Origin: an uncultured Methylomirabilota bacterium
GTDB taxonomy: Bacteria; Methylomirabilota; Methylomirabilia; Methylomirabilales; 2-02-FULL-66-22
NCBI GenBank assembly: GCA_963705305.1
Contig: OY970067.1
Span: forward strand, 4,160,001 to 4,224,000
Reading direction: 5' to 3'
Length of the DNA stretch: 64,000 bases
How positions within the stretch are numbered: position 1 is the stretch's first letter; every line of letters begins with the position of its first letter. A model generated the notes under the pieces. That model was not told the DNA's origin and did not search any database. It saw only the letters and a list, made by a program, of their open reading frames with translations. Below are positions 27,895 to 38,053 of this stretch, one piece after another. A program made the position numbers and the translations under genes.

Positions 27895-28797
27895 TCAGCC
27901 TTTGAGCCCGCCAGCGGTGAGACCGGCCACGATGCGCCGCTGGAACAGAAGCACCACCAGGACGAGCGGGATGGTCAACACCACCCCCGCGGCCATCTGC
28001 GTGCCGAACGGCTGCTGGAACTGCGACTCACCCGTGAATTTCGCGATCGCCACCGTCACCGGCTCCGAGGCGAGCGTCTGCGACATCACGCTGGCCACCA
28101 GGTATTCGTTCCACGCGTAAATGAACACCAGGATCGCAGCGGTGAACACGCCCGGCGCCGCCAGCGGGAGGATGACGGCTCGGAAGGCCCGCCCGGGCGT
28201 GCAGCCGTCGATCTGCGCCGCCTGTTCAAGCTCCCACGGTATGTCTGCGAAGAAGCTGGCGAAGATCCAGATGCCCAGCGGCAGCGCAAAGCTGATGTCG
28301 GGGATGATCATGGACTGGTACTGATCGATCCAGCCGAAGCCGGAAAACAGCTGGAACAGCGGCGTCACGATCACGGCGCCGGGAAACATGGTGGTCGCCA
28401 GAACGGCCGCCAGCACCAAAAGCTTGCCGCGGAAGCGCAGGCGCACCAGGGCGTACGCCGCAAAAATGCCGATGCCCATGGCGATGATCGTCACTGTCCC
28501 GGCGATGATGAGGCTGTTGCGAAGCGCGTAGGCGAAATTGTTCTGTCCGCCGAAAATGGCGCGGTAGTTCTCGAGCGACGGGCTCAGGGGGAACAGGCTG
28601 TTGTTAAAGATCGCGCCCGGTGATTTCAGGCTCGAGGCCAGCATCCAGTAAAAGGGTGCAAGGCAGTAGAGGACGATCAGTGCGATGCCGAGCCACCCCC
28701 CGAGCCTTCGCCAGGGGACATGGCCCGGCGGGGAGGGCATCGCGGCGACATCGGTCGCGTGGGCGGCGGACCCGGCAGCCATCAGTTTTTCGCCCAC
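27895..28797 (-). CDS. Carbohydrate ABC transporter permease
   Basis: EAA-like loop LEQAAQIDG and AWNEY. Confidence 0.92.
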   Translation of the reverse strand: MGEKLMAAGSAAHATDVAAMPSPPGHVPWRRLGGWLGIALIVLYCLAPFYWMLASSLKSPGAIFNNSLFPLSPSLENYRAIFGGQNNFAYALRNSLIIAGTVTIIAMGIGIFAAYALVRLRFRGKLLVLAAVLATTMFPGAVIVTPLFQLFSGFGWIDQYQSMIIPDISFALPLGIWIFASFFADIPWELEQAAQIDGCTPGRAFRAVILPLAAPGVFTAAILVFIYAWNEYLVASVMSQTLASEPVTVAIAKFTGESQFQQPFGTQMAAGVVLTIPLVLVVLLFQRRIVAGLTAGGLKG

Positions 28798-29615
28798 CGC
28801 TGCAGCGTCTGAATGGTGTCGGCATGCAGCAGCTTCACAAAGAGGAAGGCGATCAGGAAGATCACGAGGAACATCAGCGTGGACAGGGCCGATCCGTACC
28901 CCGGCTGCAGGTTGCGGATCATGGCGCGCACCACCAGGATCGACAGCGTTGTCGTGTCATTGGCCCCTCCGGTGAGGATCGCCGGCAGATCGTACATCCG
29001 GAGGACGTCCAGGATGCGGAACAGCACCGCCACCAGCAGTGCCGGCCTGACCAGGGGTATCGTCACGTGCCGGAACCGCTGCCACGTGCTGGCCCCGTCC
29101 ACCTTGGCGGCCTCGTAAAGCTCCTGGGGGATGAGTTGCAGCCCTGCCAGGAGGAGCAGGGCGATGAAGGGGGCGGTCTTCCAGGTGTCGGCGATGATCA
29201 CCGCGCACGTGGCGGGCCACTGGCTGCCCGTCCACAAGATCTCGGCGCCGAGCAGATGATTGATGATGCCGGTCGGCTGCAGCATCCATGACCAGAGCAC
29301 CGCGCTGACCGCGGTGGGAATGGCCCACGGCACCAGCACGCTGGCGCGCACGAGGGCGCGGCCCCGGAAGGCGCGATGCATGATTACCGCCATCGCAAAC
29401 CCGATGATGACCTCGAGGGTCACCGTGGCCGCGGTGAAGAACAGCGTGACTCGCAGGGCCGCCCAGAATTCCGTGCTTGACAGCGCGCGGGTGTAATTGG
29501 CGAGCCCGACGAATATTGGGGCCGCGACGATGGGGTCGTCGAAAAAGGAGCGAAGGAGGGCCCGCAGGATGGGGTAACCGACGACGACGGCCAGCATGAC
29601 AATCGTCGGCAGCAA
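28782..29615 (-). CDS. Carbohydrate ABC transporter permease (start uncertain)
   Basis: LYEAAKVDGA and PWAIP. Confidence 0.92.
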   Translation of the reverse strand: MLPTIVMLAVVVGYPILRALLRSFFDDPIVAAPIFVGLANYTRALSSTEFWAALRVTLFFTAATVTLEVIIGFAMAVIMHRAFRGRALVRASVLVPWAIPTAVSAVLWSWMLQPTGIINHLLGAEILWTGSQWPATCAVIIADTWKTAPFIALLLLAGLQLIPQELYEAAKVDGASTWQRFRHVTIPLVRPALLVAVLFRILDVLRMYDLPAILTGGANDTTTLSILVVRAMIRNLQPGYGSALSTLMFLVIFLIAFLFVKLLHADTIQTLQRWAKN

Positions 29616-29768
29616 CAGCCAGAAGGCGAGCCGTCCCTCGTTGCGGGTCGGCCGTGCCCCCGCGGCGGGGCGCCCTCGCTTGCCGGCGCGGCGGTGACCT
29701 CGACACTCAGCGGTGCGGAGAATGGGATCGCCTCCTCGCGTGCCTTTCGGTTGCAGCCAGCGGGACGG

Positions 29769-31040
29769 TCAGCGGCGGCTTGCCGCTTGCCTGAGCGCAT
29801 CCGCCATATCGGTGATGGCCTGGTCGACGCGTTTTCTGCCCTGCAGTGCGGCATAGGCATTCGTCTGAATAGCCATGCTGGTGGCATTGTAGCTGACCGT
29901 CTCCGGTCGCTTCTTGGCCTTTAGGATGCTCTCCTTCAGCATCGCCAGGTACGGAATCCGTTTCTGCAGGTCCGCCTCCTCATAGACCGACCGCGCCACC
30001 GGGCTCTGTGAGAGGTCGGTCAGCAGGCGGCGCTGCGTCTCTTCGGACTGCATGAACTCCATCCAGTCCCTCGCACTCACCTTGTGCCTGGAAAACCTCG
30101 ACAGCATGAGGTTGGATCCTCCGAGGGTCGGCGTGCCGGGACCGTCCGGCCCGGGGAGCAGCGCCACCTTGAACTTGCCAGCGATCGTCGAATCCGGGCC
30201 CTCCGTGTTCGCCAAGTTGTACACGTAGGACCAGTTGCGCAGGAACAAGAGGCGGCCCTGCTGGAAGGCCCTCCGGCTCTCCTCTTCCTTGTAGGTAATG
30301 GCCTCCTTCGGGATCCATCCCTGGGCGAAGCCGTCGACGAGAAATTGCAGCCCGCGGCGTGCCTGCGGCGAGTCGACGGCCACCGTCCGGCCGCCATCCT
30401 CGACGAAGCGGCCGCCGGCGGAATAGACCGCCTCGGAGACGTTTACGGTGAGTCCTTCGTACTGTGCGAACTGGCCGGCATAGCAGGAGATGCCCTTCTG
30501 CGCGGCGACCGCATGGCAGAGCGTCACCAGCTCGGCCCACGTCGCCGGCGGCGTCTTCACCAGATCGCTGCGGTAGTAGAGCATTCCGGCGTTGGTGGTA
30601 TAGGGTGCCCCGAACAGTTTCCCCTCGTACCTGGCGGTGTCCGCCGCGGTTTCGAGGATCCGGCTCGAGGTGAACCGTTTCTCGTCCAGCGGTTGGATCC
30701 AGCCGCGGGCGGCAAACTCGGCGGTCCAGATAACGTCCGCCTTGACAACGTCGTAGCGGGAGCTCTTCGCCTGGAAGTTCTGGATGATCAAGGTGCGCTG
30801 ATCGTCCGCCGACTCCGGCAGCTCGAGCAGCGTGACGGGCTCATCGGGGTGTTTCCGATTCCACTCGTCGAGGAGGAGATGCAGCTTGCCGGTCGTGTCT
30901 TTCCCCGCGGCGAGGGTGATCGGGCCGCGCGCCTCCCCCTGGTCCTGGCGCGGCTCGTTCCCGGACGGTGTGCAGCCCGTGGCGAGCACGAAACCAACGC
31001 CGAGTGCGAGAAGGACCGTCGTAGGTCGGCCTCGCCGCAT
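29769..31040 (-). CDS. Sugar (trehalose/maltose-type) ABC substrate-binding lipoprotein
   Basis: Lipobox-like LATGC, DVIWTAEFA, YYRSDL and QYEGLT. Confidence 0.9.
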   Translation of the reverse strand: MRRGRPTTVLLALGVGFVLATGCTPSGNEPRQDQGEARGPITLAAGKDTTGKLHLLLDEWNRKHPDEPVTLLELPESADDQRTLIIQNFQAKSSRYDVVKADVIWTAEFAARGWIQPLDEKRFTSSRILETAADTARYEGKLFGAPYTTNAGMLYYRSDLVKTPPATWAELVTLCHAVAAQKGISCYAGQFAQYEGLTVNVSEAVYSAGGRFVEDGGRTVAVDSPQARRGLQFLVDGFAQGWIPKEAITYKEEESRRAFQQGRLLFLRNWSYVYNLANTEGPDSTIAGKFKVALLPGPDGPGTPTLGGSNLMLSRFSRHKVSARDWMEFMQSEETQRRLLTDLSQSPVARSVYEEADLQKRIPYLAMLKESILKAKKRPETVSYNATSMAIQTNAYAALQGRKRVDQAITDMADALRQAASRR

Positions 31041-31298
31041 GATTGCACCTCCCAGCAGCCTGGTCGGCGGGCGGGAATCCGGCCGCCGCCGCTCCTTTCT
31101 GCAGGCCGACCGCGACGCCCGCGAGACCCCCGGGTGGAGGTGCCGTCGGTTCTCTCGTCCACGCCTGACCCTGTGTAGCATTGGGGCGGCTTCGTGCGGA
31201 CGGCAACCCTCTCGGACTGCTGGTGAGGGCAGGCGCGCTGTTGCGCGGCTCGAACCGGTGACGCTGCGGGACGTTTCTACCACCGCGCATGTCCGCAG

Positions 31299-33635
31299 TC
31301 AAGCCAGGGGACCGCGGCGACGGACATGGTAGGTCGGAAAGGTTCCGTAGCCTTTGGCCAGAGAGGTTTGGCCGACATAGTCGCAGGTGAAGTCGGTGAC
31401 GCCCTGGGCGGCCGCCAGGGCAGCGAAGGCCTGGCTGGCATACACATGGCCGGGGGGTGTGATCGGCTCGATGCGGGCCGCGCGGCTTACGTGGGTTCCG
31501 GTGTAATCGGGCTGTTGCCCAGTCACCGGGTTTCGGATGGGGTAGACCGGCCCCGCATGCAGGGCGATCCTGAGGCTCAGGTTGGCCGGCAGCCCGTGCA
31601 CGGTCCAGTCGGTCCCGTTCACCCGCTCGCAGAGATCCAGCGCGAAGCGGCCGGCATCCCGGGCGCTTCTGAAGACAAAATACAGGCCATCCCCCCACGT
31701 GTTCTTGCATACGGGCGCGTAGGGCGGCTGAGCGGTTGCGGCGGCGGAGATGATCTCTGCGATTGCTCCCAGGAAGTGCTCTACGAAGCGGGCCACCTGC
31801 ACCTCGGTGAGTTTGGAGAACCTGACCGCGTCGGCAAACAGCATGGCCATGACCGTCTGGTCGGCGGCCCCCTGCGGCTCGGCGGGCGCTGGCGAAACGG
31901 GTCTCACCCCTCCGGCTGCCCCCTTGACGCCGGCGGGCATGCGCTGGAGCATCTCCGCCAGGTCGATGATCTCGACGTGGTGCCCCAACGCCTGCCAGCG
32001 TGCCACGGCCGCGGCCGTCCCGCCAGGGCCGTCGCCCGGCTTGCCGTCCCACACCACCAGGGGCACGAGCCCGGTCTCGAGTTGCTGGGCCCAGAGCTTG
32101 GCCCAGCCATACAGGAGTGTGCTGGTGTATTCGAAGATGGCCGGCCCCACCGGCGCGGGCTGCTCGGAGGCCATCAGGATCTCGGAGGCCTGACCGAGGA
32201 TCCGCTCGTACCGCTCCGCCCAGCCGGAGTCGTCGCCGAGGTCTACCTGGTCCCTGCGGAATTGTTGTCCGTCATACGGCAAGACGACGTGGATGTCCCC
32301 GCCGCGGGCGCGCAGCGCCTCGAGGAACAGGAGATCGGCCCCGTTTGCCGCCGATGCAAAGCCGATCCCCGCCTCCAGCGCCGCCAGCCGGTCGGCCAGG
32401 CCCCGCGCGACCGCCGGCTCGAGCGCGGGAGGAAAACGGGGCACCGGCCGGCCCGGCGCATCGATGCGGTGGCCGGCGAAAACCACCACCGGCCCGATCC
32501 GGAAGCAGCGGTCGCACTGTTTGGGATCGCGGCCCAGCTGCGCCAGCAGGAGGCGGGCCTGGCGGCGCGTCGTGCTCAGATCGCCCAGATTGCCGCGGCC
32601 CAGCGCCGCCGCTCGCGTGTACTGACATTCGGCCTCGGCCCATTCGCCGAGGATGAGCGCGGCCTCACCGAGCGTCGCCTCCGCCCAGTAGTCGGGGGAC
32701 TGGTCCAGGCGCTGGCGGCACCAGCCCCGGACTTCCCGGGCCAGCTGTCGGGCCGTGTGCCCGTCTTCCAAAAGGAGGGCGGTGCTGGCGGCGTTGATCC
32801 CGCTGTAGAGCGCTCCCGCCGGTTCTTTCCGGATCACGGCTAGACGGTAAGCGTCGAGATAGCGTGAGTGAGCCCGGTCGAGAAGGCCGCGCCGTGCCAA
32901 AGGATCGGCGGCTTCGGCCGAGAGATCCTTGTAGGTGCGCGCAAGGATGCTCAGCGTCTCGCTGTCGGCATGGCCCTCGGCAAACAGTGCTTGAAGGATC
33001 TGGTTCGCCTTGCGAGCCGCGCCGCTGCGCGCCAGGGCCAGGCCCTGGAGCTGCCGCAGCCGGACGTCGGCCGGGTGCGCGGCCAACCCCTCGGCCAGGA
33101 CATCGTGGGCGGGCAGGGGGGCGCCGAGGCGAAGGATCCGCTCGCCAAGAAGGGCGAAGGGCTCTGCGGATTTGGCCCATACCTGGGGATCCCGGCCGTG
33201 CCAGAGGGCGAGCAGGTCGCGCAAATCGAAAGCCGTCTGCCTCTGGAAGATTTCGAGGACCGGGCGCATGTCCGGTTCGGGCAGGGAATCGGACCGCGCA
33301 TCGGGCCGGCTTCCCTCCGCCCGCTCGATCCGGTAACCGAGGCCGACCAGCGTCCTGAGCGTCTCCAGCGAGACGCTGCGGTCGTACTCCTTTTCGGCGT
33401 CCGGGAGTTCCTCATACGGCACGAGGCAGGGATGCTCTTTCTTTGCGTCATCCCGGCGAGGACCACGGCGCCAGCCCTCGTCCAGCCGCCTGCGGGCCCA
33501 AGCGTCGTGGGCGCTCCTTGCCAATTGCTCGGTCAATTCCAGGATCTCAGGCGTGAGGGCGCCATCCGGCGCGTCGATGGGCTTCGGGTCGTATTCCACG
33601 AGGCGGCTCCTTTTCCAGCGCAGCCGGTTCGACAT
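31299..33635 (-). CDS. RyR domain + TPR (DUF4071-like) + SLOG-like + class III nucleotidyl cyclase fusion
   Basis: RyR: HDAW...GWRRG...HPCLVPYEELP. TPR: SGINAA, YWAEATLGEA. SLOG-like: FAGHRID, ANGADLLF, VWDG. Cyclase: FADAVRFS, WGDG, RIALHAGPV, RAARIE. Confidence 0.85.
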   Translation of the reverse strand: MSNRLRWKRSRLVEYDPKPIDAPDGALTPEILELTEQLARSAHDAWARRRLDEGWRRGPRRDDAKKEHPCLVPYEELPDAEKEYDRSVSLETLRTLVGLGYRIERAEGSRPDARSDSLPEPDMRPVLEIFQRQTAFDLRDLLALWHGRDPQVWAKSAEPFALLGERILRLGAPLPAHDVLAEGLAAHPADVRLRQLQGLALARSGAARKANQILQALFAEGHADSETLSILARTYKDLSAEAADPLARRGLLDRAHSRYLDAYRLAVIRKEPAGALYSGINAASTALLLEDGHTARQLAREVRGWCRQRLDQSPDYWAEATLGEAALILGEWAEAECQYTRAAALGRGNLGDLSTTRRQARLLLAQLGRDPKQCDRCFRIGPVVVFAGHRIDAPGRPVPRFPPALEPAVARGLADRLAALEAGIGFASAANGADLLFLEALRARGGDIHVVLPYDGQQFRRDQVDLGDDSGWAERYERILGQASEILMASEQPAPVGPAIFEYTSTLLYGWAKLWAQQLETGLVPLVVWDGKPGDGPGGTAAAVARWQALGHHVEIIDLAEMLQRMPAGVKGAAGGVRPVSPAPAEPQGAADQTVMAMLFADAVRFSKLTEVQVARFVEHFLGAIAEIISAAATAQPPYAPVCKNTWGDGLYFVFRSARDAGRFALDLCERVNGTDWTVHGLPANLSLRIALHAGPVYPIRNPVTGQQPDYTGTHVSRAARIEPITPPGHVYASQAFAALAAAQGVTDFTCDYVGQTSLAKGYGTFPTYHVRRRGPLA

Positions 33636-33944
33636 GCTTCGGACAGCCTAGCCCGAACGGACAGGTGCACAGTGCAGAGAGCCCACGAATTCTAATCCTA
33701 GCCTCAGCGAGCCGGGATGGCAAGAGAAGACGGGGCAGTAAGTATAATGATCGAGATTATGTATCTGATGGAACTTGCTTGAAATACGATAATACACGCA
33801 CCTCTGGTTACTGGAGCTTGCAGACTGTGCCGTGTGAGGCGTGTGAAGCGCAAATGTCTCTGGAGGCCCAGGAGGCGAGGAACGGCTTAGAGGGGAGGGG
33901 CGCTCATTGGCGCGCGGTGGATGAGAAGATTTGGAGCTCTCTTT

Positions 33945-33972
33945 AGTTTACATAATACCTCTTATCAGACAT
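33945..33972 (-). promoter_or_regulatory. dif-like XerC/XerD recombination site
   Basis: Minus strand reads ATGTCTGATAA-GAGGTA-TTATGTAAACT, an 11-6-11 layout with a XerD-like arm, in an AT-richer intergenic region. Confidence 0.8.
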
Positions 33973-34058
33973 AGACGAAATTCGAAGAGGTCAACCCGAA
34001 AGCGGTATTTCTATGAGGCACACTGAATGAGGGATCGGCCGAATAGACTGCGGTCAGG

Positions 34059-34739
34059 CTACTTCGCCTCCAGCGATCCCAGATGCAGCGCTGCTTGCTG
34101 GGCCCAGAACGTGCCCGGGAACTTCTCCGCGATCTGCCCATAGACACGCCGCGCGTCCTCTGGTCGCTTAAGCTGCTCGTACACGCGGCCAAGATTCATG
34201 TAGGCTTCCCCGGCCAACGGATCCCGCGGCGCCTGGTCGAGCGCCGTGGTGAGCGTCTGAACCGCTCCCTGAAAATCGCCTTGCGCCTCCCGCGCCGAGG
34301 CCGCTCCCAGGGCGGCCATCATCAAGAACCGCCCGCGCGGGTGCTGTTTGATATACTGCTCGAAGGAGGCCTCCGCCAGGTCCATCTTGCCGTTCTCGTA
34401 CTGTATGTTTCCCAGGCGAATCAACGCCTCCTCGCCGCCCTCGGTCGACGGGTACTCCTTCGCCACGGCCTGCAGTTGACGCATACCCTGGTCGAGGGTC
34501 GCGGCCGTGCCGGGAGCCCCCCGCAGGACGTCCTCCGCCTCGGCCAACGCCAGATTTGCCTCTGACGACCGCTGCTGGCGGTACCACAAATATCCCCCGA
34601 TGGACCCCAGGACCACCACGAGCGCGATGGCGCCGATCAACATGACCGTTCGGTGCCCCTGCGTGTACTGAACCGCCTCCATGACCCACTCGGCCACGGG
34701 ATTGCGCCGCATCTCCTTCTTCTTGATTGCACTGCTCAT
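34059..34739 (-). CDS. Membrane-anchored TPR protein (YfgM-like)
   Basis: One N-terminal TM helix followed by TPR repeats. Confidence 0.8.
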   Translation of the reverse strand: MSSAIKKKEMRRNPVAEWVMEAVQYTQGHRTVMLIGAIALVVVLGSIGGYLWYRQQRSSEANLALAEAEDVLRGAPGTAATLDQGMRQLQAVAKEYPSTEGGEEALIRLGNIQYENGKMDLAEASFEQYIKQHPRGRFLMMAALGAASAREAQGDFQGAVQTLTTALDQAPRDPLAGEAYMNLGRVYEQLKRPEDARRVYGQIAEKFPGTFWAQQAALHLGSLEAK

Positions 34740-34815
34740 GTTCGGACCTGACCCCAAGGGACGCCGCGCAGCCGGTCGGCCGGAGGCGAGGCGCCCGAGC
34801 ATGGTGTGAATGGAT

Positions 34816-34859
34816 GGTGGCCCTGGAGGGACTCGAACCCCCGACGCAGGGCTTAGGAC
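34816..34859 (-). repeat. Duplicated 3' part of tRNA-Arg(CCT) (att site)
   Basis: 44-bp exact direct repeat of 47101-47144. Confidence 0.95.
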
Positions 34860-35500
34860 TCGGCCCTGCCCTATTTGCGACGGACACCGCTATTCAATGC
34901 CCGAGAACGATAACGGGGCGCATTCTCGCACAGATGCGCCCGCTTCGCAAGGGCCGAGAGTGATATTATGAGCGACGGCGAACGCTGTTGAACTACCACT
35001 CCAAGTGGCACCTGTAGTGGCACCAGATCCGACGGCTCCCCGGCCCGACCTCGGGCCGTTTTCTCTTCGAGGCGCAAGGGGGCACCAGGGCTGCTGCGGC
35101 CTCCCTCTTCAGCGCCCTGCCCACAGAAATTTTTGGGCGAGATCCGGGCGGTCCCCTCGGACGGCTGGGGTGTGTGGTAGCGGGTCAAGGGAGATCGTCG
35201 AAAATTCCCGGCTCTACGCTGGTCCTACAGGGGGAAACCAGGGCAATCTGAGCCGGGCACGGACGGGGGGGGAGCAACCCGACCGGCCGGCGCGTGGCCC
35301 AGCTGGAGGCGCCACCATCGAGATCGTGCGTATTCCGGCGCATGCCGGCCGCCGATTCCGGTCGATGCCGGCCACCCATTCCGATAATGGTCGGCCACCC
35401 ATTCCGGCGCATGCCGGCCACCTCGGGAGCACGTAGAAGCGACGCTGGATAGCGCGGGCCTAGGGTATCCTCCTGGAAACCCGAAACCAGGAGGGACCCG

Positions 35501-37060
35501 GTGGCCGCTGAGCGACTATCCATGCGCACGATTCGAGAGATCCTCCGCCTGAAGTGGACCTGCCAGCGCAGTAATCGCGAGATCGCCCAGAGTTGCAAGA
35601 TCGCCCGTAGCTCGGTGGCCGAGTGCCTCGTCCGCGCCGCGGCCGCCGGCCTGACGTGGCCACTCCCGCCCGAGCTCGATGACGGGACCCTCGAGGCACG
35701 GCTCTACCGCCGGCCGGGCCGCCCGCCAGGCCAGCACCCGCTGCCCGACTGGGCCACCATCCACCAGGAGCTCACGCACCCCGGGGTCACCCTCCAGCTC
35801 CTCTGGCGGGAGTACAAGGCCGGGGATCCCGCCGGGCTCCAGTACAGCCAGTTCTGCGTCCACTACCGCCAGTGGGCCCAGGCCCTCGACCTCTGCCTTC
35901 GCCAGGAGCACCGGGCTGGCGAGAAGCTGTTCCTCGATTACGCCGGCCAGTCGCTCTGGGTGACGGATCCCACGACGGGGGCCCGCGCCCCGGTGGCGCT
36001 GTTCGTCGCCGTCCTCGGCGCGAGCAACTACACCTATGCCGAGGCCACCCGCGCGGCCGATCTCCCGGCCTGGATCGGGAGCCACGTCCGCGCGTTCGAA
36101 TACCTGGGGGGCGTGCCGGCCGCCCTGATCCCGGATAACCACAAGAGCGCCGTCCTCCATCCGGACCGCTACGAGCCCGATCTGCACCCCACGTACCTCG
36201 ACCTCGCGGCCCACTACGGCACGACCATCCTCCCCACGCGCGTCCGCCGGCCACGCGATAAAGCCAAAGTGGAGACGGCCGTGCTCATCGTCGAGCGCTG
36301 GATCGTCGCCGCCCTCCGGCACCGCACGTTCTTCCACCTGGCCGCGCTGAACACGGCGGTCTGGGAGTTGCTGGATCAGCTCAACAACCGCCCCTTCCGC
36401 AAACTGCCCGGCTCGCGCCGGACGCTCTTCGAGACCGTGGACAAGCCGGCGCTCCGGCCACTGCCCGCCACGCCCTACGTCTTCGCCGAGTGGAAGCGCG
36501 CCCGGGCGAACATCGATTACCACGTGGAGCTGGCGGGGCACTCCTACAGCGTGCCCTACCAGCTCGTCCACCACGAGGTCGAGCTCCGCTATACGGCCAC
36601 CGTGGTGGAGATCTTCCACCGAGGGCAGCGCGTGGCCTCCCATGTCCGGAGCTCGCAGCGGGGCGGCTTCACCACCGAGCCGGCCCACCGCCCCAAGGCC
36701 CACCAGCGGCACCTGGCCTGGACGCCGTCCCGCCTGGCGCACTGGGGGGCGACGATCGGGCCGGCCACCGCCGCGCTGATCGCGGCGATCCTGGCGAGCC
36801 GCCCCCACCCCGAGCAGGGGTACCGGTCGTGCCTCGGCCTGCTCCGGTTGAGCCAGCAGTACCCGGCCGCCCGGCTCGAGGCCGCCTGCGCGCGGGCGCT
36901 GGCGATCCGCGCCCTGTCGTACAAGAGCGTGCAGTCGATCCTGCGCACCGGCCTGGATCAGCACCCCCTCGTGCCGGTGTCCACCCCGCCGCGCCCCGCG
37001 CATGCCCATGTGCGGGGGTCGGCCTACTACACCCGAAAGGAGACGTCCGATGTTGCGTAG
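35501..37060 (+). CDS. istA: IS21 transposase
   Basis: YSQFC, LFLDYAG, LIPDN and RPRDKAKVE. Confidence 0.95.
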   Translation: MAAERLSMRTIREILRLKWTCQRSNREIAQSCKIARSSVAECLVRAAAAGLTWPLPPELDDGTLEARLYRRPGRPPGQHPLPDWATIHQELTHPGVTLQLLWREYKAGDPAGLQYSQFCVHYRQWAQALDLCLRQEHRAGEKLFLDYAGQSLWVTDPTTGARAPVALFVAVLGASNYTYAEATRAADLPAWIGSHVRAFEYLGGVPAALIPDNHKSAVLHPDRYEPDLHPTYLDLAAHYGTTILPTRVRRPRDKAKVETAVLIVERWIVAALRHRTFFHLAALNTAVWELLDQLNNRPFRKLPGSRRTLFETVDKPALRPLPATPYVFAEWKRARANIDYHVELAGHSYSVPYQLVHHEVELRYTATVVEIFHRGQRVASHVRSSQRGGFTTEPAHRPKAHQRHLAWTPSRLAHWGATIGPATAALIAAILASRPHPEQGYRSCLGLLRLSQQYPAARLEAACARALAIRALSYKSVQSILRTGLDQHPLVPVSTPPRPAHAHVRGSAYYTRKETSDVA

Positions 37061-37811
37061 CCCGACCGTCGAGAAACTCCAGGCCCTGCACCTGCACGGC
37101 CTCCTCGCCGCCTGGGAGGCGCAGGAGCGATCCCCGGAGGCCGCCGACCTCACCTTCGCCGAGCGGCTCGGGCTCCTGGTGGATGCCGAGTGGACCGCCC
37201 GGGAGAACCGCCGGCAGCTCCAGCGGCTGAAGACCGCCAAGCTCAAGCTCCCCCAGGCCTGTGTCGAGGACCTCGACTTCCGGACCCCGCGCGGGCTCGA
37301 CAAGGCCCTCGTCCGGAGCCTGGCCACGGGCCAGTGGCTCACCCAGCACCAGAACCTGATCTGCGTGGGGCCGACCGGCACGGGGAAGACGTTCCTGGCC
37401 TGCGCCTTGGCCCACCAGGCCTGCCGGCAGGGGCACACGGTCCGCTACTTCCGCGCCCCGCGGCTCTTCCAGGAGCTCGCCCTGGCCCGGGGGGAGGGGA
37501 GCTACCCGGTGGTGCTCGGCCAGCTCGCCCGGACCGAGCTGCTCGTGGTGGACGATTGGGGCATCGCCCCCCTGAGTGATGCGGAGCGGCGGGACTTCCT
37601 CGAGGTGGTGGACGACCGGCATGGGACCCGCTCCACGCTCTTGGCCGGGCAGCTCCCGGTGAGCCACTGGCACGAGTGCATCGGGGATCCGACGATCGCC
37701 GATGCCATCTGCGACCGGCTGGTGCACAACGCCCATCAGCTCACGCTGACCGGCGGATCGCTGCGGAAGACCCGGGCGGGCTTGACAGCCCCGCCCGTGT
37801 GTGAGAAATAA
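37050..37811 (+). CDS. istB: IS21 helper ATPase
   Basis: GPTGTGKT, VVDDWG and ADAICDRLVHNA. Confidence 0.95.
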   Translation: MLRSPTVEKLQALHLHGLLAAWEAQERSPEAADLTFAERLGLLVDAEWTARENRRQLQRLKTAKLKLPQACVEDLDFRTPRGLDKALVRSLATGQWLTQHQNLICVGPTGTGKTFLACALAHQACRQGHTVRYFRAPRLFQELALARGEGSYPVVLGQLARTELLVVDDWGIAPLSDAERRDFLEVVDDRHGTRSTLLAGQLPVSHWHECIGDPTIADAICDRLVHNAHQLTLTGGSLRKTRAGLTAPPVCEK

Positions 37812-38053
37812 CCGAACGCCCAGCGTCGCTTCGCTCCGGCCGGCATGCGCCGGAACGCGTGGCCGACATCCCGCCGGACTGGGCGGCCGAGATCGCCGGA
37901 ATACGCAAGATCGTCGCTTTTCGGCGGGAAGGGCACCGGCAGCGCCACGATGGATCCCGGCACTGTGAGGCGCGAGGCAGACGGGTGCGCAGGCGCGGGA
38001 GATTTGAGGCGCCAACACGCCCGTCGCAGGGAGACGCGGGCAGCGGACCCCGA

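Larger units (their letters stand above)
35327..37907 (+). mobile_element. Intact IS21-family element
   Basis: IRs tgcgtattccggcg / cgccggaatacgca, multiple subterminal repeats and a 6-bp TSD agatcg (35321-35326, 37908-37913). Confidence 0.95.

Noticed and set aside
33738..33768. Second dif-like site
   Set aside because: Only TTATGTA matches; there is no credible XerC arm or 11-6-11 symmetry.
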